Under the pieces are notes generated by a model. That model did not search any database and was not told the DNA's origin. It saw only the letters and a program-made list of their open reading frames with translations. From Candidatus Aenigmatarchaeota archaeon (lineage in GTDB: Archaea > Aenigmatarchaeota > Aenigmatarchaeia > QMZP01): DNA of 14,237 nt. Both the position numbers and the translations under genes were made by a program. Numbering within the stretch: position 1 is the first letter of the stretch; each line of letters starts with the position of its first letter. Location of the stretch: NCBI GenBank assembly GCA_039091855.1, contig JAWCLA010000016.1:1-14237 (forward strand), given 5' to 3'. Below are positions 1-8,192 of the stretch, piece after piece.

Positions 1-140
1 AGACGCAGGCAATAAAATCAGCAGCAGAGGCAGCCGAGATGATATTGAGGATAGACGACGTCATTTCAGCAGGCTCCGGAGGAAAGGGCAAAGAGTCCAA
101 AACACCTCCTATGCCCGAAGGAGGAATGGACGAGTATTAA
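1..140 (+). CDS. Thermosome (group II chaperonin) subunit, 3' end only
   Basis: Frame 3 reads [45 protein letters not shown]-stop (TAA 138-140). The ILRIDDVI motif and Gly/Met tail are typical of thermosome C-termini. Confidence 0.93.
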   Translation, partial: TQAIKSAAEAAEMILRIDDVISAGSGGKGKESKTPPMPEGGMDEY

Positions 141-142
141 AT

Positions 143-173
143 AAGGTGGCTTCAGGCACCTTTTCTTGTTCTT
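143..173 (+). terminator. Putative terminator: hairpin plus T-rich tract
   Basis: aaggtg(143-148)/cacctt(157-162) inverted repeat followed by ttcttgttctt, just after the thermosome stop. Confidence 0.5.
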
Positions 174-237
174 ACCAATATCTTTAAAAATACCACTCTA
201 AAATAGTAAAAGAATTTAAACTTATGTTCGAAAAAAC

Positions 238-252
238 CGAAAGTTTTATAAA
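238..252 (+). promoter_or_regulatory. Archaeal BRE-TATA promoter upstream of tfb
   Basis: cgaaag (BRE-like) directly followed by ttttataaa (TATA), about 70 nt upstream of the ATG. Confidence 0.6.
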
Positions 253-321
253 TGGGTTTGTTCAAAATATATCATCAAAATTTTTTGTATAATCACTAAA
301 AAGGAGTAACAAATTGGTCTT

Positions 322-1269
322 ATGGAAAAAAAGCCAAAATCAGGTCAGGCGTGTCCGGAGTGCGGCTCCGAAAAGATAAGGTATGATTACGAGAGAGGGG
401 AGACCGTTTGCAACTCCTGCGGAGCTGTTATAAGCGAGTCAATGATAGACCTCACACAGGAATGGAGGGCTTTTGACGAGGACCAGAGGTCAAGAAGGGT
501 AAGGACAGGGGCAGCCCTGACACCAATAAAGCACGATCAAGGTATAACAACAGAAATAGGAAAAGGCAAAGGAGAGCTCTTTAAGGTTTCATCAAAAAAG
601 AGGGCTCAGTACTACAGGCTTACAAAATGGCACAAAAGGCTTATAAAATCAAAGGACCGCAACCTTTCTTTTGCTTTTTCAGAGCTTCAGAGATTGGTAT
701 CACAGCTTCACCTCTCAAGAGCTGTCCACGAGAAGGTTGCAAAGCTTTACCAGCAGGCAGTAAACAAGGGACTTGTCCGTGGACGTTCAACAGAGTCCAT
801 AATAGCAGCGCTCCTTTACACTACGTGCAGGGAGGAAGGCGCACCAAGGACGCTTGACGAGATATCAAAGGCATCCGGGATAAACAGGAGAGACATAGGA
901 AAGACATACAGGTACATAGCGAGAAAGCTCCACATAAGGATTCTTCCTGCAAAGGCACAGGACTACGTTCCAAGGTTCGGTTCTCTCCTTAACCTTTCAG
1001 AAAGGGTTCAGGTAAGGGCAGCAGAGCTTCTTGACGAGGCAGGAAACTATGACGTTACTTCAGGCAAAGGTCCGATAGGAGTAGCTGCTGCAGCGCTTTA
1101 CATAGCAGCAGTTCTTGAGGGTGAGAAGAAAACCCAGAGGGAAGTTGCAGACGCGATAGGGGTGACAGAGGTTACCATACGCAACAGGTACAAGGAAATG
1201 GTAGAATCTCTAGGAATAAAGGAAGAGGTTGAAGAGAAGGTAAGGGAAGAGGAAGAAGCGGAAAGGTAA
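322..1269 (+). CDS. tfb: Transcription initiation factor IIB (TFB)
   Basis: N-terminal zinc ribbon CPECG...CNSCG, B-reader EWRAF, GLVRGRS, and C-terminal TQREVADAIGVTEVTIRNRYKE cyclin-fold HTH. Confidence 0.98.
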   Translation: MEKKPKSGQACPECGSEKIRYDYERGETVCNSCGAVISESMIDLTQEWRAFDEDQRSRRVRTGAALTPIKHDQGITTEIGKGKGELFKVSSKKRAQYYRLTKWHKRLIKSKDRNLSFAFSELQRLVSQLHLSRAVHEKVAKLYQQAVNKGLVRGRSTESIIAALLYTTCREEGAPRTLDEISKASGINRRDIGKTYRYIARKLHIRILPAKAQDYVPRFGSLLNLSERVQVRAAELLDEAGNYDVTSGKGPIGVAAAALYIAAVLEGEKKTQREVADAIGVTEVTIRNRYKEMVESLGIKEEVEEKVREEEEAER

Positions 1270-1280
1270 GCCTTTTTATT

Positions 1281-1646
1281 ATGAAAAAAATAGTAAGAGG
1301 CCTTAAGGGAACATATCTGGTAAAGTTCTCTGATACAGAACTAACTTTTCCTGAAAAGCTACTATCAGTTCTTGAAGGTTTCAGTATAAGGGGATTTGAA
1401 ACAGTTCTCGTAAAGGAAGAATATTCTTATCTCCAGATGTTTCCAACACTTGAAGAAAAAGGCTATTTCTTCACTCTCGAAAACGGGAAAACAAGAATTC
1501 CACGTTCCATAAAGGATTGCTTAGGAATAGAAAACAAGGGATATGTAATTGGGATATCATATATGCTCGAGCTTTGGGGACCTTCCTGGGAACTACACAA
1601 AAAACAGCTCGATTCGATGGATTTTTCAGAGATAGACGTTTTTTAA
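1281..1646 (+). CDS. MraZ-like (tandem AbrB/SpoVT-fold) protein
   Basis: KGTYLVKFSDTELTFPEKL and LENGKTRIPRSIKDCLGIENKGYVIGISYMLELWGPSWE resemble the two MraZ repeats (G.y...lD.kgRl.iP; lD.qGRi.iP..l....gl...vv.iG....iEiW...W). Recognised by eye only. Confidence 0.6.
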   Translation: MKKIVRGLKGTYLVKFSDTELTFPEKLLSVLEGFSIRGFETVLVKEEYSYLQMFPTLEEKGYFFTLENGKTRIPRSIKDCLGIENKGYVIGISYMLELWGPSWELHKKQLDSMDFSEIDVF

Positions 1647-3154
1647 TCATTTTCTTTCCCTTCCATCTTCATTCTATAAAGGGTTTTATGCATCCTTTTC
1701 TCCTTGTTCTTTGCTGACCAATAATAGGCCTCATCCCTTGTCTTTCTTGTTATGAGAAATACAACCCTTCCTATTTTCTGCCTGCCAACCCTTCCCCTTC
1801 TCTGTATGAGCCTTATTTCAGATGGAACTGCCTCGTAAAACACAGCCAAGTCCATTGCAGGTATGTCCAGACCCTCCTCTGAAACGCTTGTGCCCACAAG
1901 AACGTTATATATCCCGTCCCTGAAGTCAGAGAGCCTTGAAAGTTGCTCCTTTTGCGTGATGCCTTCCCTCTGCCCTATGAACTCAACAGGCTTCACCCCT
2001 TCTATTCCCTTCAGGCTGTTAACAATTTCCTTGACAGAATCCCTGTAATTTGCAAAAACTATTATTTTGGAATCCGGCTTTTCCCTTATCTGTGTATCAA
2101 CAATCTGACAAAGCTTGCTTATTTTTGGATGTCTGGAGCCTTGCTGAAATAAGTCCCTTGAAAGCCACACAGCATTTGCAACCTTCTGGTCCTTCATAAG
2201 CCTTTTTGCAGCCCCAGAATTGTCCTTTTCAAGCTTTTTCCAATAGTTTTCCAAAACTGTTATACCTTGGGTTTCTAAAAGACCCAAGGCATGCTCCAAT
2301 TTTATTATCTGAGCCACAATCGAGGATATGCCAAACGCGTACTTGTTGCCCTTTGCTAGTGATGCGTGCATTTTTGCCTGAAGCTCGAGAAAATCCTTTC
2401 TCGATGGCTTAGGCTTTTTCAAAAAACCCATCTCTCTCAGCCTTTTTACCCTCTCCTCTATTGCCTCCTCCAAAAAGCCCTTTATTCTCAGGAAGCTTTC
2501 AGGAAGCTCCACGTAAACCCATTCTATTCTCTTCTCCTTTACCCAAGGAGAGACGTCCAAATCCCCCTCTGTCCTTATCTCGACAAAGTCTATTCCAAGA
2601 TTCTCCTTTATCTCCTTAATTTTTTCAGAACTTCCTCCCGGGGACGCTGTAAGGGCAAGTATTCTTGGAAATTTCGACTGGCTCAAATAAAGCTTTGCAA
2701 CAAACGGATAGGCATAACCTCCTATAGAGTGATGTGCCTCGTCAATGACAAGGAGGGAAAAGTCCGAAAGGGAAAGGATGCCATTATTTAGGTCATTCTC
2801 CACAACCTGTGGCGTTGCAAAAACAACCTTTTTTTTATAAATGTTTTCCCTTTCAGCGGGCTTTACCAATCCTGTAACAACAGCCATTTCCTCCTGCGGA
2901 ATTTTCAGGCTTTTAAGGAAAGTTTTGTAATGCTGGTTCACGAGAGGTCTTGTTGGGGCCATAAAAAGAACCCTTGAGTCAGGGTGTTTCTCCAACCTGA
3001 GCGCAGCGAGCATAATGGCTATGTTTGTCTTCCCGAGCCCTGTTGGCAAAACACACAAAGTATGGCTTTTTGAAGCGGTTCCGAGAATGGACTCCTGATA
3101 AGCCCTTGCCTCTATCGTGTTCTCGTTTATCAGCGGGTGCTTTACGTAATCCAT
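1643..3154 (-). CDS. Hef/FANCM-like (ERCC4-related) SF2 DEAH helicase, helicase portion only
   Basis: IEARAYQ, motif I LPTGLGKT, APTRPLVNQH, DEAHH, LALTASPG, SEEGLDIP, IQRRGRVGR; ends shortly after DEAYYW. ATG at 3154 has GGTG upstream; alternative GTG at 3160. Confidence 0.95.
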   Translation of the reverse strand: MDYVKHPLINENTIEARAYQESILGTASKSHTLCVLPTGLGKTNIAIMLAALRLEKHPDSRVLFMAPTRPLVNQHYKTFLKSLKIPQEEMAVVTGLVKPAERENIYKKKVVFATPQVVENDLNNGILSLSDFSLLVIDEAHHSIGGYAYPFVAKLYLSQSKFPRILALTASPGGSSEKIKEIKENLGIDFVEIRTEGDLDVSPWVKEKRIEWVYVELPESFLRIKGFLEEAIEERVKRLREMGFLKKPKPSRKDFLELQAKMHASLAKGNKYAFGISSIVAQIIKLEHALGLLETQGITVLENYWKKLEKDNSGAAKRLMKDQKVANAVWLSRDLFQQGSRHPKISKLCQIVDTQIREKPDSKIIVFANYRDSVKEIVNSLKGIEGVKPVEFIGQREGITQKEQLSRLSDFRDGIYNVLVGTSVSEEGLDIPAMDLAVFYEAVPSEIRLIQRRGRVGRQKIGRVVFLITRKTRDEAYYWSAKNKEKRMHKTLYRMKMEGKEND

Positions 3155-3208
3155 ATTCACACCAGTTCAAAGTATATTATAGAAAGCTCACAATATTAAA
3201 AAGGCAAT

Positions 3209-3496
3209 ATGATAGAGGAGTCAAGGCTGCGTTACGAAAGGATAAGGGGAGTTCCGCACATAAGGGAGCCTGGAAACTCAATAAGAGTGAGGACAGGTGA
3301 CTGGAGGGTTTTCAGACCCGTTTGGGATATGAAGAAATGCACAAAATGCAGGCAGTGCTGGCTTATGTGCCCTGATTCTGCAATAAAATGGAAGGGTAAG
3401 CCTGTATGGGATTCGCAAATCTGCAAGGGCTGCCTTGTATGTGTTGATGTCTGCCCTGTAAAAGCCATATCTTCTGTCAGGGATTTGCACGAATAG
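3209..3496 (+). CDS. 2[4Fe-4S] protein, 2-oxoacid:ferredoxin oxidoreductase delta-subunit (PorD-like)
   Basis: PGNS...TGDWRVFRP followed by CTKCRQCWLMCPD and CKGCLVCVDVCP. Confidence 0.88.
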   Translation: MIEESRLRYERIRGVPHIREPGNSIRVRTGDWRVFRPVWDMKKCTKCRQCWLMCPDSAIKWKGKPVWDSQICKGCLVCVDVCPVKAISSVRDLHE

Positions 3497-3497
3497 A

Positions 3498-3713
3498 TCA
3501 CTTTGCCTTTGCTGCTATCTTCCCTATGTAGATTGTCGCCACGACAGCTATAACGGTCACTATTATGGCGTAAAGCCAAGGCCCGTAAGCCTGAAGCCCT
3601 AAGGACCCTATCGCGTTTTTTATTGCCTCGTTCCAAGCCAAGGCTGCCACAAGACCGAATGCAGCTGTCATAAGGCTGGCAATCTTGTCTATTACCTCTT
3701 TGCTTATCGCCAT
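3498..3713 (-). CDS. Small two-TM membrane protein, DUF5654-like
   Basis: LMTAAFGLVAALAWNEAI motif and second hydrophobic helix WLYAIIVTVIAVVATIYI. Confidence 0.8.
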   Translation of the reverse strand: MAISKEVIDKIASLMTAAFGLVAALAWNEAIKNAIGSLGLQAYGPWLYAIIVTVIAVVATIYIGKIAAKAK

Positions 3714-3781
3714 GTTAATATTTAACTATCCATTTTAAAAACTTCAATCAGCTTTTTATCCTTTTAAAATCCCTATATATT

Positions 3782-5482
3782 ATGCAAAATTCCAGCGAGA
3801 TGCTAAAGTCAGTATCAAAGAAAACAGATGAAAGCGAGTTCTTTTCTTCCTTACCTAAAGGCTATCGGAAGGGAAATACAAAATACATAATAATAACAGG
3901 GACTGTAATATCAGGGGTTGGAAAGGGAACTTTCTCCTCCTCTATAGGAACCCTCCTAAAGCTTTTCCACGGATACAGAGTGGCCCCAATAAAATTTGAC
4001 GGCTACCTTAACTATGATGCAGGAACCCTTAACCCTTACAGGCACGGTGAGGTTTTTGTTCTTGATGATGGAACAGAGTGCGATCTTGATTTGGGGACAT
4101 ACGAGAGAATGATGAATGCGGACTTCTCTAAAGACAACTACCTTACAGCCGGAAAAATCTTCAAGACGATAATCGAGAAGGAAAGGGCAGGAAACTATCT
4201 CGGAAGGGATGTGCAGTTCATTCCACACGTAACAGGGGAGATAAAAAGCTTCATCAGAAGCCTGGCCGTGAAATCAGATGCAGAAATAATTTTGGTTGAG
4301 GTTGGAGGAACGGCTGGGGACATAGAAAACTCTTATTTTCTTGAGGCAATGAGGGAGCTATCATATGAGGAGGGAAGAGAGAATGTATGCTTCATAACTG
4401 TCACCTACATACTCCAGCCCCGCTCACTTGGGGAACATAAAAGCAAGGCAGCACAGCTCGGCTTGAGGACGCTTATGGGACTGGGAATACAGCCTGACAT
4501 AGTTATATGCAGAAGTGAAAACCCAATTCCGGATAAGGTAAGGGAAAAGATAAGCATATACTCCAACATACCTTTGGAAAGGGTTATAAGCTGTTATGAC
4601 CTTGACAACATATACAAAATCCCGCTATTTCTACAGGAAACAGGAATAGACAAGGAGATAATAAAAATACTTAACCTCAATGAAAAGCAAAATGGAAACC
4701 TTTCAGAGTTTGATAAATGGAAATCACTCGTGCAGAAAATAAACTCGTCCCAAAAGGAGATAACAATAGGAATGGTGGGAAAGTATACTTCAGTCCACGA
4801 TTCCTATCTCAGCATACTAAAGGCAATAGAGCACACTTCCCCTTACCTTGGCATAAGGCCGAAAATAAAATGGATAGAAACCACGAACATAACTCATCAG
4901 AATGTGTCACAAAGGCTCGAAGGAGTTGACGGAATAATAGTTCCAGGAGGCTTTGGCGAGAGGGGAACTGAAGGAAAAATAGAGTGCATAAGATACGCAA
5001 GGGAGAACGATATCCCATACCTTGGGCTTTGCTTTGGCTTCCAGATGGCTGTGATAGAGTTCGCAAGAAATGTCTGCGGCCTCAAGGGAGCAAACTCAAC
5101 AGAGATAGATTATGAAACACCACATCCAGTGATATGCATACTTCCTGAGCAGGAGGAGATAAAGGGCTTGGGAGGTACAATGAGGCTGGGTGGTTTCGAC
5201 CTCATAATAGATAAAGGCACGCTTGCCCACAGGCTTTATGGCAAAACACAAGTTAGAGAAAGGTTCCGTCACAGGTGGAATGTTAACCCCAAGTATATAG
5301 AAACCCTTGAGAAGAATGGAATGGTTTTTTCAGGCAGGGCTCCTGAAAAAAGGATTATGCAGATTCTCGAGCTTCCTGAAAAAAGATTCTTCCTTGGGAC
5401 TCAGTTTCACCCAGAATTCACATCAAAACCGCTTAATCCACATCCTCTTTTTAGGGGTTTTCTGGAGGCGTGTTTGAAGTAA
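3782..5482 (+). CDS. pyrG: CTP synthase (glutamine-hydrolysing)
   Basis: TGTVISGVGKG, DAGTLNPYRHGEVFVLDDGTECDLDLG, YLGRDVQFIPH, GATase GLCFGFQ, ERFRHR, QFHPEF; about 30-aa N-terminal extension. Confidence 0.98.
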   Translation: MQNSSEMLKSVSKKTDESEFFSSLPKGYRKGNTKYIIITGTVISGVGKGTFSSSIGTLLKLFHGYRVAPIKFDGYLNYDAGTLNPYRHGEVFVLDDGTECDLDLGTYERMMNADFSKDNYLTAGKIFKTIIEKERAGNYLGRDVQFIPHVTGEIKSFIRSLAVKSDAEIILVEVGGTAGDIENSYFLEAMRELSYEEGRENVCFITVTYILQPRSLGEHKSKAAQLGLRTLMGLGIQPDIVICRSENPIPDKVREKISIYSNIPLERVISCYDLDNIYKIPLFLQETGIDKEIIKILNLNEKQNGNLSEFDKWKSLVQKINSSQKEITIGMVGKYTSVHDSYLSILKAIEHTSPYLGIRPKIKWIETTNITHQNVSQRLEGVDGIIVPGGFGERGTEGKIECIRYARENDIPYLGLCFGFQMAVIEFARNVCGLKGANSTEIDYETPHPVICILPEQEEIKGLGGTMRLGGFDLIIDKGTLAHRLYGKTQVRERFRHRWNVNPKYIETLEKNGMVFSGRAPEKRIMQILELPEKRFFLGTQFHPEFTSKPLNPHPLFRGFLEACLK

Positions 5483-5498
5483 AATATTAAATCTCCAA

Positions 5499-6188
5499 CT
5501 AACCTTCATAAACTGCATTTATTACCTCCCATATCCTCTTTGCCTTTTCCTTCCCTATTCCCTCCACCTGCATAAGCTCCTCGGGGGTAGCGTCATAAAC
5601 ATCCCTAACGCTGCCAAAGTGCTTAAGTAACCTTTTGCTAAGCACATTGGAAACATTCGGCAGGCCTGCAACCAAGAATTCCTGCTGGCTTGAAAGCGAA
5701 TGGTTCCTTTTGTTGCAGCGTATTTGAATACCTCTTTTTTCCTGAACCTGCTCCCTGTATGCCATCCAGAATATCTGGGAGGCAGTTTCCCTCGAGTTTC
5801 CTGTCCAGATTATAGGAATCCTGTAGTCTATCGCTACTGACGACAAAACCCCTCTTATCGTATTTTCGTGCATATTCCTTTCCAAAAAAAGCATCTCGGG
5901 ATTGCCTTCCAAGATGAGAACTGGTTTTTCATAAGAGCATACAAGCTCTTCCATCTGCCTGAAAAGGCGCTGGTCTATAACAGACTGAAGAAAATCGGGT
6001 ATGCTTTTTCTCTCTATTGCTACCCTTTCAGAAATTATATAATCCCCTGTCTTGAGCTGGATCTCCCTTATTTCTGCTTTATACTCTCTTAAGTGTCTTG
6101 TAACATTGGATGCAATTTCCCTGTGGTCGGCAAGAATCAAAATTTTTTCGCCTTTGAGGACTTTTTGTCCTTCCATAAAATCAGCCAT
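5499..6188 (-). CDS. ERCC4/XPF-family nuclease with tandem HhH domain
   Basis: ADHRE, GDYIISERVAIERKS..DFLQSVIDQRLFRQ (GDXnERKX3D catalytic motif), and C-terminal GLPNVS...LLKHFGS...VEGIGKEKA. Confidence 0.95.
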   Translation of the reverse strand: MADFMEGQKVLKGEKILILADHREIASNVTRHLREYKAEIREIQLKTGDYIISERVAIERKSIPDFLQSVIDQRLFRQMEELVCSYEKPVLILEGNPEMLFLERNMHENTIRGVLSSVAIDYRIPIIWTGNSRETASQIFWMAYREQVQEKRGIQIRCNKRNHSLSSQQEFLVAGLPNVSNVLSKRLLKHFGSVRDVYDATPEELMQVEGIGKEKAKRIWEVINAVYEG

Positions 6189-6195
6189 TATAAAT

Positions 6196-6516
6196 TCAGG
6201 AAACCTTTGACCCAGGCTTTAGCTCCCTGTCAACAGTAAGCAAACTCACCTTGTTTCCTTCCTGCGCAGCCAAAAGCATACCCTCTGACTTTATGCCCTT
6301 TATTACAGCAGGCTCAAGGTTTGCTACTACTATTATTTCCTTTCCCTTTATCTCTTCAGGCTTATAATAAGGCTTCAATCCTGCGACAAGGGTTATTTTT
6401 CTTTCTCCCAAATCAACAGAAAGCTTGTATAATTTGTCAGCGTTTGCCACATCATTAACTGATATTATCCTACCAACCCTCAAGTCAAGAGCCTGAAACT
6501 CCTTGAATGAAACCAT
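6196..6516 (-). CDS. Stand-alone OB-fold tRNA-binding protein (MetRS C-terminal domain / Trbp111 / CsaA family)
   Basis: FQALDLRVGRII...ADKLYKLSVDLG...VVANLEPAVIKGIKSEGMLLAA. ATG at 6516; alternative TTG at 6522. Confidence 0.93.
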   Translation of the reverse strand: MVSFKEFQALDLRVGRIISVNDVANADKLYKLSVDLGERKITLVAGLKPYYKPEEIKGKEIIVVANLEPAVIKGIKSEGMLLAAQEGNKVSLLTVDRELKPGSKVS

Positions 6517-6575
6517 AACCAATATTCTCCAAGCAGGTTTAAATTGTTTATATAGAGTCTGCCAATATATTATAT

Positions 6576-8192
6576 ATGAAAATTTCAGCAGTTTTGGCTC
6601 TTGCTGTGGTTTTTATCGGATTTTTCCTGCCATTGGGGAAGTCCATAGAAACGCCTGAGGTTACTTTCATACCAGAACAGATTTCGGTAAATTCGAGCTT
6701 TTTGATGATCGCTGACCCAAAAGCCCTTCCCGGGGAAATAGTCGCTGTTTCATGGATTATACCGGGAATAGAAAATGCGTATGGCTCGTTTCCCAAGGTT
6801 GGAAACAAATGGGTGTGCTACTTTTCCAACACAGACCCCCTTGCGACTTGTGGATATAACAGGTTTCCGTATCCCTCACCTTATACAGTATTGGTTGATG
6901 CAACTACATACGGACAGGTTGAAAACAAATCAGTGAACATAACAATAGGAGGCATACCAATAACAACAGAGATAGCATCAAGCGGAACTAATGTGTACAT
7001 GAAGGCATGGGCAGGCGGCCCTGTATCAACTCCAATATCCTACAAAGTTTATTCTTCTGAGTCTTTTGAAATAATTAAAACAGGCACAATGACATACAAT
7101 CCGAACATCTATGGCTACACTTCCAACATCACCCTTCAGAATGGCGAATACTACATAGCATTCACAGCAAACAGCTCAACAGATTTTGGCGGAGGTGTGG
7201 CAAGGGTTGTTGTTGGTGGCGGAACAACACCAATAAGCAAAGACATTTCTGCAGAGAGCATAATTCATAATCCTGTGATAAACCCTGGACAGATTTATAC
7301 TTTAAGAAAATTCAAGTTGACAAACATTGGAACGCAAAACATAACAGCACTAAGCATAACAGTTCCACAGGAATTATTAAGCATTCTGACAATAAACCCG
7401 GAAAAAACCTCGCTTGAGCATAACGAAAGCACAATTATGGTCGTCACCTTAAAGAATATACAAAACTCTTTAAACATATCAACTTATGCAACACTTTTTT
7501 CAGGTTCTGAGCAAATCCTCCAGATACCTGTTGAGTTGAGGGTGACTGTCATAGGGGCAGTTGACCCGTCATCTTGTTTGGGAAAGGATGACGGTTCATT
7601 ATGTCTTGGTGGAATATGCTGCGGAGAAATATGCAGAGTAAAGGCTGAATGTTGTCTCTCTTCTGACTGCCCTTCTGGAAAAGTCTGCACAGACTTCAAA
7701 TGTGTGACTTCAATAACCCCAAGCGAATGTGAAGGCAAGCCGGATATGAGCACCTGCACAGATGGAATTTGTTGCAGCGGGGCTTGCATACAAGGAGGGG
7801 AATGTTGCGTCTCTTCTGACTGCCCATCAGGCAAAACCTGCTCATATAACAACAAGTGCATAAGCTCTGTCACTCCTGGCGAGTGCGAAGGCAAAACTGA
7901 CGGGACAACCTGCTCAACAGGCGTATGCTGCAGTGGTGAGTGCGTTGAATGCTGCAAAAACGATGACTGCAAACAAGGAGAAGTATGTTCAACCTTAAAT
8001 AAATGTGAACCATCTTCAACAGATGGTGGCGGCGGAATTGATGTTTTAACAATAGCCCTTATAGCAGGAGGCGTTGCAGCGGCTGTTTTTGCAGGATTCT
8101 TCATTTTCAAGAAATTCATAAAGAAGAAGGGAGAAGGCGAGGAAGAGGTTGAGACAGAGGAAGAGGAATTTTCAGACGAGGACTTTTACTGA
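6576..8192 (+). CDS. Secreted, C-terminally membrane-anchored surface protein with three Cys-rich repeats
   Basis: Signal peptide MKISAVLALAVVFIGFF; beta-rich region with many N-x-S/T sequons; Cys repeats; TM IALIAGGVAAAVFAGFFIF then KKFIKKK and an acidic tail. Confidence 0.85.
   Translation: MKISAVLALAVVFIGFFLPLGKSIETPEVTFIPEQISVNSSFLMIADPKALPGEIVAVSWIIPGIENAYGSFPKVGNKWVCYFSNTDPLATCGYNRFPYPSPYTVLVDATTYGQVENKSVNITIGGIPITTEIASSGTNVYMKAWAGGPVSTPISYKVYSSESFEIIKTGTMTYNPNIYGYTSNITLQNGEYYIAFTANSSTDFGGGVARVVVGGGTTPISKDISAESIIHNPVINPGQIYTLRKFKLTNIGTQNITALSITVPQELLSILTINPEKTSLEHNESTIMVVTLKNIQNSLNISTYATLFSGSEQILQIPVELRVTVIGAVDPSSCLGKDDGSLCLGGICCGEICRVKAECCLSSDCPSGKVCTDFKCVTSITPSECEGKPDMSTCTDGICCSGACIQGGECCVSSDCPSGKTCSYNNKCISSVTPGECEGKTDGTTCSTGVCCSGECVECCKNDDCKQGEVCSTLNKCEPSSTDGGGGIDVLTIALIAGGVAAAVFAGFFIFKKFIKKKGEGEEEVETEEEEFSDEDFY
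7575..8006 (+). repeat. Three tandem ~45-52 aa intragenic repeats, 10 Cys each
   Basis: Pattern C.GK.D...C..G.CC...C..(n)ECC...DC..G..C...KC occurs three times; tctgactgccc and gcgaatgtgaaggcaa/gcgagtgcgaaggcaa are visibly repeated in the DNA. Confidence 0.9.

Noticed and set aside
1517-3300. Short + strand ORFs opposite the helicase and other nested ORFs
   Set aside because: Alternative-frame shadows of well-supported genes.
7484-8119. 211-aa minus-strand ORF rich in Gln/His/Pro
   Set aside because: Antisense shadow of the Cys-rich repeats.
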